NCBI GenBank assembly: GCA_964489555.1
Contig: CAZAZF010000006.1
Span: forward strand, 42,592 to 106,591
Origin: an uncultured Oscillospiraceae bacterium
GTDB lineage: Bacteria; Bacillota; Clostridia; Peptostreptococcales; Anaerovoracaceae
Length of the DNA stretch: 64,000 nucleotides
Direction: 5' to 3'
The position numbers and the translations under genes were made by a program. Positions 9,413-21,107 of this stretch are shown here, piece by piece. Below the pieces are notes generated by a model, which was not told the DNA's origin, searched no databases, and worked only from the letters and a program-made list of their open reading frames with translations. Every line of letters begins with the position of its first letter. Position 1 is the first letter of the stretch.

Positions 9413-9967
9413 ATGAGCGATAACAATTTGAACACGCAAAAGAAGACCGTTCGTCTGGCGAAAATGGGGATGTTGGTGGCCATTTCGGTGGTATTGGTGT
9501 ACTTCATCCGCTTTCCCATCTTTCCCGCTGTACCATTTTTGGAGTACGATCCGGCCGATATTTCCATCCTGATCGGAACTTTTGCCTTCGGTCCTTTGGC
9601 AGGGCTTGCCTTGACGGTGGTTACCTCGGTAGTTCAGGGATTGACGGTTAGCGCACACAGCGGTGTTTATGGTATAATAATGCATATCATTGCCACCGGA
9701 ACGATGGTGTTGGTAGCCGGGTTGATTTATGGAAAAGGAAAGACCAAACGCCGAGCGGCCATGGCTTTAATTTTCGGGTCCCTGGCCATGACCGTGGTGA
9801 TGTTTTTTGCCAATCTGGTGGTAACACCTTTATTCATGGGTGTTCCCAGAGAAGTGGTAATGGGCTTGATGCCCATGATTCTAGCTTTCAATTTGGTGAA
9901 GGCGGGAATTAACTCCACCATAACATTTTTGTTGTATAAGAGGCTGTCCGGGTTTTTACGAAAGTAG
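9413..9967 (+). CDS. ribU: ECF transporter S component for riboflavin (RibU)
   Basis: ATG 9413 lies behind AGGAGG. The 5' part of the listed ORF (9323-9412) is riboswitch sequence. Small 5-6 TM protein, and FMN riboswitch control is typical of ribU. Confidence 0.85.
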   Translation: MSDNNLNTQKKTVRLAKMGMLVAISVVLVYFIRFPIFPAVPFLEYDPADISILIGTFAFGPLAGLALTVVTSVVQGLTVSAHSGVYGIIMHIIATGTMVLVAGLIYGKGKTKRRAAMALIFGSLAMTVVMFFANLVVTPLFMGVPREVVMGLMPMILAFNLVKAGINSTITFLLYKRLSGFLRK

Positions 9968-9992
9968 AATGATTTTTGGGCAGGAAGGAACC

Positions 9993-10433
9993 ATGAAGAA
10001 ACAGCGGTACCTTTTGAAAAATGAAGAAGAAACCAAAGAATTCGGGCTTCAATTGGCCAACCATTTGAAGCCCGGTTCTGTGGTGGCATTAATAGGAGAT
10101 TTGGGTACGGGTAAAACCACCTTGACCCAATATTTGGCTATGGGGTTGGGAATTCAAGAAAGGATTACCAGTCCTACCTTTACCATTGTGAAGGAATATA
10201 GAAGCGGACGGATCCCCCTCTATCATTTGGACGTATATCGAATTGAAAAGGAGGACCTTTGGGAGCTGGGTTATGATGAAATTCTCCATGGGCCAGAGGT
10301 TGTGGTGATTGAATGGGCAGACAAAATTTGGGAGTATATTCCCCGGGATGCCGTGGTGATTCATATGTTTTCCGGGAAACGACCGGAAAGTCGAATTGTT
10401 CAAATTCAAGGCATGAAAGAGAGGGTTCTATGA
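9993..10433 (+). CDS. tsaE: tRNA t6A37 biosynthesis ATPase TsaE
   Basis: GDLGTGKTTL P-loop, SPTFTIV, HLDVYR motifs. Followed by tsaB-rimI-tsaD. Confidence 0.9.
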   Translation: MKKQRYLLKNEEETKEFGLQLANHLKPGSVVALIGDLGTGKTTLTQYLAMGLGIQERITSPTFTIVKEYRSGRIPLYHLDVYRIEKEDLWELGYDEILHGPEVVVIEWADKIWEYIPRDAVVIHMFSGKRPESRIVQIQGMKERVL

Positions 10434-11152
10434 AGCTTTTGGCGCTGGAAACCACCGGGCCCATTGCGTCGGTGGCCTTATTTGAAGAAGAGGAGATTAC
10501 AGAAATCCGGGGAGACGAGGGGTATAATCATTTGACTTCTTTGATTCCTATGATGAAAAATCTTCTGGAGAAGAGACGGCTGGATTTATGTCAATTGGAT
10601 GCCGTTGGGGTTTCTGTTGGGCCGGGTTCCTTTACCGGTATTCGAATCGGGGTATCCACCGCAAGGGCTTTGGGGCAGGCTACCGGCCTGCCTCTTATTG
10701 CTGTTCCCACCTTGGAAACTTTCTGTTTTAACGGGGGGGAAGATGGAGAGTCGTTGCGTTGTCCTATTTTAGATGCTCGAAGGGACCAGGTGTATGGTGC
10801 CTGTTTCAAAGGCAGAGAAATGTTGATTCCAACAGGTCCCTATTCTCTGTCCAATTATTTTTCTCTGCTGGAAGAAAAGAATTTAGAGAGAAATGGTAAA
10901 AAAGTTTTTTGGTTTGGAGACGGGGTTTTTCGATACGAAGAAAAAATCCTCTCTTGGAGCGAGAGCAAGGGGTGGGAGTCCTGTTTTGCTCCCAAGGAGG
11001 TTCTTTATCAGACAGCGGCTTCTGGTGTTAAATTGGCGGCGCAGCTTTATGTGGAGAATCACCTTCTTTCTTACAATCAATTGTTGCCTGAATACCATCG
11101 CTTGGCAGAAGCGGAGCGGAAACGACAGGAGGTACTTTCAGGTGAAGGATAG
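10430..11152 (+). CDS. tsaB: tRNA t6A37 biosynthesis protein TsaB
   Basis: ATGA overlap with the tsaE stop. MKLLALETTGP..., GPGSFTGIRIG. The longer listed ORF (from 10313) overlaps tsaE in another frame. Confidence 0.9.
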   Translation: MKLLALETTGPIASVALFEEEEITEIRGDEGYNHLTSLIPMMKNLLEKRRLDLCQLDAVGVSVGPGSFTGIRIGVSTARALGQATGLPLIAVPTLETFCFNGGEDGESLRCPILDARRDQVYGACFKGREMLIPTGPYSLSNYFSLLEEKNLERNGKKVFWFGDGVFRYEEKILSWSESKGWESCFAPKEVLYQTAASGVKLAAQLYVENHLLSYNQLLPEYHRLAEAERKRQEVLSGEG

Positions 11153-11651
11153 ACGGATTCTTCCAGCTGATTTTTCCGATTTGGAGATTCTGGTTGCCTT
11201 GGAAAAGGAAAGCTTCCAACGACCCTGGAGCAGAGAATCTCTAACCCATGAGCTGAAGGATCACCATCAGCGGATTTTTCTCAAAGCGCTTTCCGGGGGA
11301 GAAGTAGTAGGATATGCCGGGTTATGGATTATTGTGGATGAAGGTCATATTACCAGAGTGGCCGTTCATCCTCAGCATAGGGGGAAGGGAATCGGAAAAG
11401 ATTTGGTGCAGGAATTGATACGGAAGGGCCTTCAGGAGGGCTGCAAAGGCTTTACTTTGGAGGTAAGGGAAAACAACTTGGAAGCCCGGAGGCTTTACGC
11501 TTCTCTCGGGTTTACCCAGGAAGGGCGACGACAAGGGTATTACGAGGAGGAAGGGGAGGATGGAATCATTATGTGGATGATCCCCGGGGACATGAAGAAA
11601 AAGAGAGAGTCGAAAAAAGAATTTTGCGGCTCGTGTGGAGAGGAAAAATGA
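11142..11651 (+). CDS. rimI: Ribosomal-protein-alanine N-acetyltransferase RimI (GNAT)
   Basis: In-frame GTG at 11142 just before the tsaB stop. ESFQRPWSRESL and HRGKGIGKDLV (acetyl-CoA motif). The exact start is uncertain. Confidence 0.8.
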   Translation: MKDRRILPADFSDLEILVALEKESFQRPWSRESLTHELKDHHQRIFLKALSGGEVVGYAGLWIIVDEGHITRVAVHPQHRGKGIGKDLVQELIRKGLQEGCKGFTLEVRENNLEARRLYASLGFTQEGRRQGYYEEEGEDGIIMWMIPGDMKKKRESKKEFCGSCGEEK

Positions 11652-12694
11652 AAGAAGGAAAACAGATTACTTTGGCCCTGGAATCCAGTTGTGATGAAAC
11701 GGCGGTGGCACTTCTTGCGGAGGGAAGGCAAGTGCTTTCCAATGTGATCTCTTCTCAAATTCCCATCCATCAAGCCTTTGGCGGGGTGGTTCCGGAGATT
11801 GCTTCCCGTCACCATTTGGAGAACATAAATGATGTATTGCAACAAGCCTTGGAAGAGGCCCAGGTGGAGCTTCCTCAAGTGGATCTGGTAGGTGTTACAT
11901 GTGGTCCCGGGTTGGTAGGCGCCTTGCTGATTGGGGTGGCCACGGCCAAGGCGCTAGCTTTTGTCTTAAACAAACCATTGGTGGGAGTGGACCACATGAT
12001 GGGGCATGTGGCAGCCAATTACATCCAGCACCGAGAATTAGAGCCGCCCTTTACCGGCCTTATTGTCAGCGGAGGCCATACTGTCCTGGTTCAAGTGGTG
12101 GACTACAACCGATGGGCCCTCATAGGAGAAACCAGAGATGATGCGGTAGGTGAGGCTTACGATAAGGTGGCACGGATTCTGGGCTTGGGGTATCCCGGGG
12201 GACCCAAGGTAGAAGAAATTGCATTAAAAGGGGATCCCAAAAAAATCCCTTTTAAGCGTGTTTATCTGGAGAAGGATTCCTATGACTTTTCCTTTAGCGG
12301 AATCAAGACTGCCGTTATGAACTATGTTCATACGGAACAACAGCGAAAAAATTCCATTGATGTGGCGGATGTGGCGGCAGGGTTCCAAGAGGCGGTGCTG
12401 GAGGTTTTAGTGGAAAAAAGCATTCGGGCGGCATTGGAAATGGATACGGGCAAATTGGTGTTGGCAGGAGGGGTTTCCGCCAACCAACGTTTGTGCCACT
12501 GGTTGGAGCAACGGTGTGGTGAAGAAGGCCTTCGGCTATATCACCCGGATCCTTTATTATGTACAGACAATGCGGCCATGATTGGATGTGCCGCCTATTA
12601 CAAATTTATGGAAGGAAAGCAGGACGATTTGGATTTGGACGCCTATCCGGGCCTGCCCATGGCATATGATTATCTTCAGTGTAAAAGATCTTAG
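11648..12694 (+). CDS. tsaD: tRNA N6-adenosine threonylcarbamoyltransferase TsaD
   Basis: ATGA overlap with rimI. LALESSCDETAV, SGGHT and GYPGGP motifs. Confidence 0.93.
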   Translation: MKEGKQITLALESSCDETAVALLAEGRQVLSNVISSQIPIHQAFGGVVPEIASRHHLENINDVLQQALEEAQVELPQVDLVGVTCGPGLVGALLIGVATAKALAFVLNKPLVGVDHMMGHVAANYIQHRELEPPFTGLIVSGGHTVLVQVVDYNRWALIGETRDDAVGEAYDKVARILGLGYPGGPKVEEIALKGDPKKIPFKRVYLEKDSYDFSFSGIKTAVMNYVHTEQQRKNSIDVADVAAGFQEAVLEVLVEKSIRAALEMDTGKLVLAGGVSANQRLCHWLEQRCGEEGLRLYHPDPLLCTDNAAMIGCAAYYKFMEGKQDDLDLDAYPGLPMAYDYLQCKRS

Positions 12695-14657
12695 CGTGTC
12701 CTTTGGCACGGAAACCCTTTTGGATGGGGTTTCGTTCCATATCAAAGAAGGCGACCGGATTGGAGTAATCGGAGCTAACGGAGCGGGGAAAACCACCCTC
12801 CTTCGTGTTCTTTCAGGGGAAATGGCGGCAACCTCCGGTGATGTTTTTGTGTCTGGAGAAAAAAGGGTTGGGTTTTTAAAACAACAACCTGATTTTCCGG
12901 AGGAAAAAACGGTGATTCAAGAAGTAGAGGACACCTTTTTGCCCCTTCACCTTTTGGAAAAAGAAATGGCTAGAGTGGCGGAAATCGTCGCAGAAAAGGG
13001 TGCGGAGGCCAAGGGCGAAATGGACCTGCTGGACCGTCTTCGACATCAATATGAGAGGCAGGGAGGATATACGTACCAAAGCGAGGTCAAAGGAATTTTG
13101 TCCACTATGGCTTTCCCGGAAGCTATGTTTGGCAAAAAACTATCCACCTTGTCCGGTGGAGAAAAGACCCGGTTGGCCATGGCTTGTCTTCTCTTAAAAA
13201 AACCGGATATTCTTTTGCTGGACGAGCCTACAAACCATTTGGATATTGGCATGCTGAAATGGCTGGAACAATATTTGCGCGCCTATCGGGGAACCATTTT
13301 GGTAGTGACCCATGATCGGTATTTTTTGGACCAGGTGACCAACCGGATTTTTGAAATAGAAGGAAAAAAGTTGGAAATATTTGATGGGGGCTACGAAGAG
13401 TACGCTGGCCGGAAGAAGGTTCTTCGGGAAGAAGCTTTGAAAAAGGCGCAGAATCAACAAAAGGAGATTGCCCGGCAGGAAGACATCATTCGGCGCTTCA
13501 AGGAGCGAGGCACGGAAAAGTTGGCAAAAAGAGCCGCTTCTCGCGAAAAGAGGCTGGCTCAAGTGGAGAAGGTTGCTCAACCAGAGCCCTCCATCGGAAA
13601 AGTGAAGATTCATTTCAGGCAGGAGTTTCAAAGCGGGAGGGATGTGATTTTAGCAGAGAACCTCTCCAAAAGCTTTGGGAGAGGACAGAATCGAAAAGAG
13701 TTGTTTCGCCAGGTGAATCTGGATATTAAAAGAGGAGAAAGAATTTGCTTGGTGGGGCCCAACGGGATTGGGAAAACCACCTTGTTAAAGATTCTTATGG
13801 GGCAGTTGCCAATGGAGGCGGGGCACTTGAAAATCGGTCACAATGTTATCTTCGGATACTATGACCAGGAGCAACAAAACCTCAGTTCTTCTTTAACGGT
13901 TTTGGAGGAATTGAAGGAATCTTACCGCCTGTATTCCGATACGCAAATGAGATCCATCCTGGGGCGGTTTCTGTTTCAGGGAGACAAGGTGTTTCTCCCG
14001 GTGGGAAGCTTGAGTGGGGGAGAAAAAGCCAGATTGGCTTTAGTAAAACTTATGTTATCGGGAGCCAATACCTTGATTTTTGATGAGCCCACCAACCATC
14101 TGGACATTCCTTCCAAGGAGGTGTTTGAGGAAGCCCTGTTGGATTTCCCCGGAACCATTTTGTGCATTTCCCATGACCGGTATTTTCTAAATAAAATACC
14201 CAATCGAATTTTGGAGCTTTCAGAAGATGGGATTATTCCTTACCTTGGGAAATATGATTATTACATGGAGAAAAAGCAAAGCATTCAATCTGTAAGAGAG
14301 TATCTTACCGGGCTGTCCGGTTCAGAAAATGGGATGGGCGGCAAAAGACCGGATGAGGAAACTCCTTCCCCTTCTTTGGAACTACGCAAAAGAAAAAAAG
14401 AAGAAGAGGCCCTTCGGCGTAGACTTCTTCGAAGAATTGAGGAAACGGAGAAGGAGTTACAAGAATGGGAGGATCGAAAAAAAGAAATCTTTAGCCTAAT
14501 GGAGCAAGAAGCAGTCCGAACCCAACCGGAACGGTTATTGGAGCTGACCGAAGAACTGGCAGAGTTGGAGCAATATCTGGAAAAGGGTTATTTGGAATGG
14601 CATTCCTGTCAGGAAATGTTGGAAAATGGGGAAAAAGAAAAGGAGAGGTTTTTTTAG
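12666..14657 (+). CDS. ABC-F family ATPase (no TM domain; translation-factor class, YdiF/Uup-like)
   Basis: Two cassettes (GANGAGKTT...LSGGEKTRL...[11 protein letters not shown]; GPNGIGKTT...LSGGEKARL...[10 protein letters not shown]), a charged linker and a C-terminal coiled coil. ATG 12666 ([14 protein letters not shown]) overlaps the tsaD end by 29 nt. Confidence 0.9.
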   Translation: MIIFSVKDLSVSFGTETLLDGVSFHIKEGDRIGVIGANGAGKTTLLRVLSGEMAATSGDVFVSGEKRVGFLKQQPDFPEEKTVIQEVEDTFLPLHLLEKEMARVAEIVAEKGAEAKGEMDLLDRLRHQYERQGGYTYQSEVKGILSTMAFPEAMFGKKLSTLSGGEKTRLAMACLLLKKPDILLLDEPTNHLDIGMLKWLEQYLRAYRGTILVVTHDRYFLDQVTNRIFEIEGKKLEIFDGGYEEYAGRKKVLREEALKKAQNQQKEIARQEDIIRRFKERGTEKLAKRAASREKRLAQVEKVAQPEPSIGKVKIHFRQEFQSGRDVILAENLSKSFGRGQNRKELFRQVNLDIKRGERICLVGPNGIGKTTLLKILMGQLPMEAGHLKIGHNVIFGYYDQEQQNLSSSLTVLEELKESYRLYSDTQMRSILGRFLFQGDKVFLPVGSLSGGEKARLALVKLMLSGANTLIFDEPTNHLDIPSKEVFEEALLDFPGTILCISHDRYFLNKIPNRILELSEDGIIPYLGKYDYYMEKKQSIQSVREYLTGLSGSENGMGGKRPDEETPSPSLELRKRKKEEEALRRRLLRRIEETEKELQEWEDRKKEIFSLMEQEAVRTQPERLLELTEELAELEQYLEKGYLEWHSCQEMLENGEKEKERFF

Positions 14658-14666
14658 GAAATTCTC

Positions 14667-14695
14667 TTGCATTACATAGGGTAACCCATTATAAT
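14667..14695 (+). promoter_or_regulatory. Sigma-A type promoter for acpP
   Basis: TTGCAT-N17-TATAAT. Confidence 0.55.
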
Positions 14696-14767
14696 GATTT
14701 TATTCTGGCCCGGGGGCCCTGGTGGGGAAACGGGAGGTCAGGGAATAAGATTGATGGAGGAGTAATC

Positions 14768-14998
14768 ATGACATTCAAAAAAGTAAAGGATATCATCTGC
14801 GATCAGTTGAGTGTAGAGGAAGCAGTTGTTCAAATGGAAACCCATTTGATGAAGGATCTTGAGGCAGACTCGTTGGATGCTGTAGAAATTATTATGGCGA
14901 TTGAAGATGAATTTGATATCGAAGTACCGGATGAAGATGCAGAAAAGTTTCAAAGCGTAGGGGACATCGTAAAGTACATCGAAGAGAAAATCAACTAG
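14768..14998 (+). CDS. acpP: Acyl carrier protein
   Basis: 76 aa. [19 protein letters not shown] contains the DSL phosphopantetheine attachment motif. RGGAGG RBS before ATG 14768. The upstream part of the listed ORF (14597-) is non-coding leader. Confidence 0.9.
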   Translation: MTFKKVKDIICDQLSVEEAVVQMETHLMKDLEADSLDAVEIIMAIEDEFDIEVPDEDAEKFQSVGDIVKYIEEKIN

Positions 14999-15006
14999 TT
15001 ATCACT

Positions 15007-15037
15007 AAAAACCCGTTTGCGCAAAACGGGTTTTTTT
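15007..15037 (+). terminator. Intrinsic terminator after acpP
   Basis: ACCCGTTT-GCGCA-AAACGGGT followed by T7. Confidence 0.85.
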
Positions 15038-15067
15038 GTCCTAGAGTAGTACGGGGGAGGCAGACCT

Positions 15068-15712
15068 ATGAAATCAACGAAAAAAATATCGAGAGCGGTG
15101 ATTAAACGCTTGCCTCGTTATCGGCGTTATTTAATTGAATTGAAGAAAAAAGGGATCGATAAAATTTCCTCGGGGGATTTGAGCAATTTAATCGGGTATA
15201 CGGCTTCTCAGATTCGTCAGGATTTAAATAACTTTGGCGGGTTCGGGCAGCAAGGTTATGGATACAATGTGGAAGGCCTTCTCAATGAGATTAGCGCCAT
15301 CCTGGGATTGGACAAACAGCATACTATGGTGATCGTTGGTGCCGGAAAATTGGGAACGGCTGTGGCAAACTACACCTTTGGTAAAGCAGGTTTTGCGGTA
15401 AAAGCGCTGTTTGATAATAATCGAGATAAAGTGGGGACCAACAGCGGAGGTTTTGAAATTTTGGATGTGGAACAGCTGGTCCCTTATATCGAAGAAAACA
15501 AGGTGGACATTGGGGTCATCTGTACTCAAAAGGAATCGGCTCAGGAAATTGCGGATAAGATGGCATTTGCCGGAGTTCGGGGCATTTGGAACTTCGCTCC
15601 ACTTGACATCGAAGTGCCGGCTAGAGTGGCTTTGGAAAATGTTCATTTGTCAGATAGTCTTCATTCTCTGGCGTACCATATCAATAATATGCAAAAGGAA
15701 GAATATCGATAA
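15068..15712 (+). CDS. rex: Redox-sensing transcriptional repressor Rex
   Basis: N-terminal wHTH (ISRAVIKRLPRYRRYL) plus Rossmann GAGKLG. About 214 aa. Confidence 0.93.
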   Translation: MKSTKKISRAVIKRLPRYRRYLIELKKKGIDKISSGDLSNLIGYTASQIRQDLNNFGGFGQQGYGYNVEGLLNEISAILGLDKQHTMVIVGAGKLGTAVANYTFGKAGFAVKALFDNNRDKVGTNSGGFEILDVEQLVPYIEENKVDIGVICTQKESAQEIADKMAFAGVRGIWNFAPLDIEVPARVALENVHLSDSLHSLAYHINNMQKEEYR

Positions 15713-15738
15713 AATTTAATGGGAACAAAAAAGTAAGT

Positions 15739-15765
15739 AGCCGTTTCGCATTTTGCGAAACGGCT
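15739..15765. terminator. 11-bp hairpin between convergent rex and ferredoxin genes (shared terminator candidate)
   Basis: AGCCGTTTCGC-ATTTT-GCGAAACGGCT. A T-rich tract follows on the minus strand, and none on the plus strand. Confidence 0.5.
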
Positions 15766-15807
15766 GACTGTTGGAAATCAACACTTCTTTTTGGATCCAG
15801 GACGGTT

Positions 15808-16052
<245 letters not shown>

Positions 16053-16071
16053 GGACGAGAGGGCAGACTCT

Positions 16072-16881
16072 GTGAAAGTATATGCGCTGGTAGGAAAGAG
16101 CGGAACCGGAAAAAGTTATCAAGCCATGAACCTGTGTAGGGATTTGGATATCGAAGCCATTATTGATGATGGCTTGTTTATTTATGGCAATGGCATTTTG
16201 GCCGGAAAGTCAGCCAAAAGGCAGGGGACCGTAGTGGGCGCTATAAAAACGGCTTTGTTTTCCGAGGAGGATCATCGCAATCAAGTGGTGGAAAAAATAG
16301 GGGAAGTGAACCCTCATCGGGTTTTGGTCATCGGCACTTCGGACAAAATGGTGGAAAAAATCGCCCGCAGGTTGGCATTGCCCCCCATTGAGGACACCAT
16401 ATATATTGAAGGAATTACCACGGAAAAGGAACGCCAGATTGCCGGAAAGCAGCGGCATGAAATGGGAAAGCATGTCATTCCTGTGCCAACCTTTCAATTA
16501 AAAAAAGATTTTTCCGGGTATTTTTTGGACCCGCTCCGGATTTTCCGGGAGCTGGGTTCCGGCCGGGCCGGTTTTGCAGAGAAGTCGGTGGTGCGTCCCA
16601 CTTACAGCTATATGGGAGATTTTTTCATTTCAGACACTGCCATTAGCGATATAGTTCATATTTTAGCTGAAAAACAAAATGGAGTGGCTCAAATCCTTCG
16701 TGTTACCACACAGACAGGCAAAAGCGGGGTGGAAATTCTGGTGCTGGTAACCATGGAATATGGCATTTCTCTGGTGGAAGCCGCCACGGAATTTCAACGC
16801 ATTCTTCGAGGGCAGGTGGCAGAAATGACGGCCTTCAATGTAGCCCGGGTGGATGTAGAAATTCGAGGGCTCAGAGAATAA
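16072..16881 (+). CDS. Fusion protein: N-terminal Walker-A NTPase domain + C-terminal Asp23/Gls24 (alkaline shock protein) domain
   Basis: GTG start. VGKSGTGKS P-loop and VLVIGTSD (Walker-B-like). The C-terminal ~100 aa (FISDTAISDIV...VEILVLVTMEYGISLVEAATEFQRILRGQVAEMTAFNVARVDVEIRGL) follows the Asp23 pattern. Confidence 0.6.
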   Translation: MKVYALVGKSGTGKSYQAMNLCRDLDIEAIIDDGLFIYGNGILAGKSAKRQGTVVGAIKTALFSEEDHRNQVVEKIGEVNPHRVLVIGTSDKMVEKIARRLALPPIEDTIYIEGITTEKERQIAGKQRHEMGKHVIPVPTFQLKKDFSGYFLDPLRIFRELGSGRAGFAEKSVVRPTYSYMGDFFISDTAISDIVHILAEKQNGVAQILRVTTQTGKSGVEILVLVTMEYGISLVEAATEFQRILRGQVAEMTAFNVARVDVEIRGLRE

Positions 16882-16900
16882 GAAGGAAGGTGCGGAAAGA

Positions 16901-17782
16901 ATGCAGCAGCTTACCATAGAAGGAATCAAAGATTTTTCACTGGCCCAGACGCTGGAATGTGGCCAGTGTTTTCGTTGGGAAGCCCGGGAAGACGGTTCTT
17001 ATATTGGTGTAGTAGGCCATCGGGTGGCCAACCTGACTTCCGAAGCCCAAGGGGATAGCGGGGTGCTGACCATCCGACAGATAGGCGAAGGGGGAAATCC
17101 GGAACAGGAAATTCAGTTTTGGCGTCATTATTTGGATTTGGATCTGGATTATGGCAAGGTGAAAAAAAGACTATGCCGTGAAGACCCGGCTATGAGAAAA
17201 GTTGTTGAAGGAGGAGAAGGAATTCATGTTCTTCATCAGGACCCTTGGGAAACTCTGATTTCATTTTTGATTTCACAAAACAACCACATTCCTCGAATAA
17301 AAAGCAGCATTGAGGCTTTGTGCAGCTTCTTTGGAACGCCTCTGGGAGAGGCTTTTGGAAAGCAGCATTATGCTTTTCCTTTGCCAAATCAATTGGCCGG
17401 GTTGACCCGGGAAGATTTGGCTCCTGTGAGATTGGGATACCGGGATGTGTATGTATTGAAGGCGGCTCGGAAGGTTTCCGGTGAAGGACTTTGCCGACTT
17501 CAGAATTGTGGCCAGGGTTCGTCAGCGGAAGGGATGGAATACTTGTGTTCTTTTCATGGGGTTGGGAAAAAAGTGGCTCATTGTACCATGTTATATGGGT
17601 TGGGGCAGCGAACCAGTTTTCCTCTGGATGTTTGGATGAAACGAATTATGAACCGGCTTTACGGAATTCCGGAAGAAGATGAAAAGGCTATGGAACAGTT
17701 GGCATCCACACAGTATGGAGAAATTTCCGGGTTGGCTCAGCAATATCTTTTTTATCATATTACCCAAAGCAAGAAAAAATAA
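16901..17782 (+). CDS. ogg: 8-oxoguanine DNA glycosylase/AP lyase (Ogg, HhH-GPD family)
   Basis: OGG N-domain (TLECGQCFRW). HhH with catalytic Lys (FHGVGKKVAHC) and a downstream Asp (PLDVW). Confidence 0.8.
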   Translation: MQQLTIEGIKDFSLAQTLECGQCFRWEAREDGSYIGVVGHRVANLTSEAQGDSGVLTIRQIGEGGNPEQEIQFWRHYLDLDLDYGKVKKRLCREDPAMRKVVEGGEGIHVLHQDPWETLISFLISQNNHIPRIKSSIEALCSFFGTPLGEAFGKQHYAFPLPNQLAGLTREDLAPVRLGYRDVYVLKAARKVSGEGLCRLQNCGQGSSAEGMEYLCSFHGVGKKVAHCTMLYGLGQRTSFPLDVWMKRIMNRLYGIPEEDEKAMEQLASTQYGEISGLAQQYLFYHITQSKKK

Positions 17783-17914
17783 TTATGTAAACCAAACAGG
17801 AAAATTTGGGGTTGAAAACCGGAAAAAATAGGGAATATAGAAAAAAGGGGAAGAATAACCCTCTTTTTTTTTCTTTGCCCGGAAAAATTCAATAAAAAAA
17901 TTGAAAAAAAGGGG

Positions 17915-17943
17915 TTGACACAAGAGAGGGAAGAGAGTATATT
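17915..17943 (+). promoter_or_regulatory. Sigma-A promoter of groESL
   Basis: TTGACA-N17-TATATT immediately upstream of CIRCE. Confidence 0.7.
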
Positions 17944-17947
17944 ACAG

Positions 17948-17974
17948 TTAGCACTCTGTAAAAGTGAGTGCTAA
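17948..17974 (+). promoter_or_regulatory. CIRCE operator (HrcA binding site)
   Basis: Perfect TTAGCACTC-N9-GAGTGCTAA. Confidence 0.95.
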
Positions 17975-18022
17975 CAACCAAAACCAATCGAAAAATTCAT
18001 CATACAGAAAGGAGATCGAGAA

Positions 18023-19941
<1,919 letters not shown>

Positions 19942-19973
19942 CCCTTTCTTAAGAACAGAATAGAAAATCATGG

Positions 19974-20003
19974 CAGGCCCCTTATAGGGGCCTGTTCCTT
20001 TTT
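19974..20003 (+). terminator. Intrinsic terminator after groEL
   Basis: CAGGCCCC-TTATA-GGGGCCTG followed by TTCCTTTTT. Confidence 0.8.
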
Positions 20004-20030
20004 CAGGCAGGGATATTTATGAGAAGGGGA

Positions 20031-20059
20031 TTGACCTTTATGGGAAGGCGGAGTATACT
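20031..20059 (+). promoter_or_regulatory. Sigma-A promoter of the ldcA-peptide ABC-M20 cluster
   Basis: TTGACC-N17-TATACT. Confidence 0.55.
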
Positions 20060-20120
20060 GTAAAAAATGTAGCAACATATGAATTAATGTTCATATTGTG
20101 AACTATTAAGGAGGCCCGCC

Positions 20121-21068
20121 ATGAACCGTCCCAAGAAATTGCAAAAGGGGGACACCATTGGTGTTATCTCTCCAGCCAGTCCCTCAGAGAAAAACAGCGA
20201 AGTGCAACGAGCGGTGGAAACCATGGAAGAGTGGGGATACCGTGTAGCGCTGGGAAAGAATGTGAACAAAACCAAAGGCTTTGTTGCCGCCTCGGAGGAA
20301 GAACGAGCCTCAGACTTCAATGAAATGTTTCGTCGAGATGATGTAGATGCGGTATTTGTCACACAGGGAGGCTACGGATCCGCTCAAATAATCTCTCTGT
20401 TGGATTTTGACATGGTACGAAACAACCCGAAAATATTCACGGGGTTTAGTGACATCACGTCTCTTCATGTGGCCCTGGGAAAATTTGGGGACCTGGTCAC
20501 CTTTCATGGGCCGGGTTTATCCCGGTTCAACCCCGAAGACTTAACAGAGTATACCAAAGAACAATTTTTTAAAGCGGTGGCAGCGACGGAGCCTTTGGGA
20601 GTCATTCCCCCCAATGATTCCAAGAAGTGGGTTCAGGCCTGGGGTAGTGGCCATGCGGAAGGGTCTCTCGTGGGTGGAAATCTAACCTTGCTGTGCGCCA
20701 CCTTAGGTACACCGTATGAAGCCAATGTGGATGGAAGTGTTCTTCTCATCGAGGATGTGGATACGGAACCATGGGTTTTTGACCACATGTTGTCTCATTT
20801 GAAAAATGCTGGTTTTCTACAGAAAGCGAAGGCGGTGGTAGTAGGGGAATGTCATAATTGTCGGCCCTTTAAACACAACCCGGGTTTTTATTGTGACATC
20901 AGTCTGGAAGATGTGTTGGAATACTACTTGAAGCCTTTGGGGGTACCGATATTGTTTGGCTTACCCTTGGGACATACAAAAGATATGGCTACATTACCCT
21001 TAGGGGTACAAGTGCGTGTAGATGCAGACAGTAAGATATTTGAAGTGTTGGAAAGCGGCGTTCGGTAA
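20121..21068 (+). CDS. ldcA: LD-carboxypeptidase (peptidase S66, LdcA-type muramoyltetrapeptide carboxypeptidase)
   Basis: LQKGDTIGVISPASP, nucleophile motif GFSDITSL, C-terminal GHT. About 315 aa. Confidence 0.85.
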   Translation: MNRPKKLQKGDTIGVISPASPSEKNSEVQRAVETMEEWGYRVALGKNVNKTKGFVAASEEERASDFNEMFRRDDVDAVFVTQGGYGSAQIISLLDFDMVRNNPKIFTGFSDITSLHVALGKFGDLVTFHGPGLSRFNPEDLTEYTKEQFFKAVAATEPLGVIPPNDSKKWVQAWGSGHAEGSLVGGNLTLLCATLGTPYEANVDGSVLLIEDVDTEPWVFDHMLSHLKNAGFLQKAKAVVVGECHNCRPFKHNPGFYCDISLEDVLEYYLKPLGVPILFGLPLGHTKDMATLPLGVQVRVDADSKIFEVLESGVR

Positions 21069-21107
21069 CGGGCGTCGTGTTTTTGTGTAAGTAAAAGGAG
21101 GAAGAAA

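Noticed and set aside
20081-20092. GAAT-TAAT-GTTC in the ldcA leader as a possible LexA box
   Set aside because: One core mismatch (GAAT rather than GAAC). It lies downstream of the promoter rather than over it. The operon has no link to DNA damage. It is more likely part of the imperfect palindrome discussed as a candidate IclR operator.
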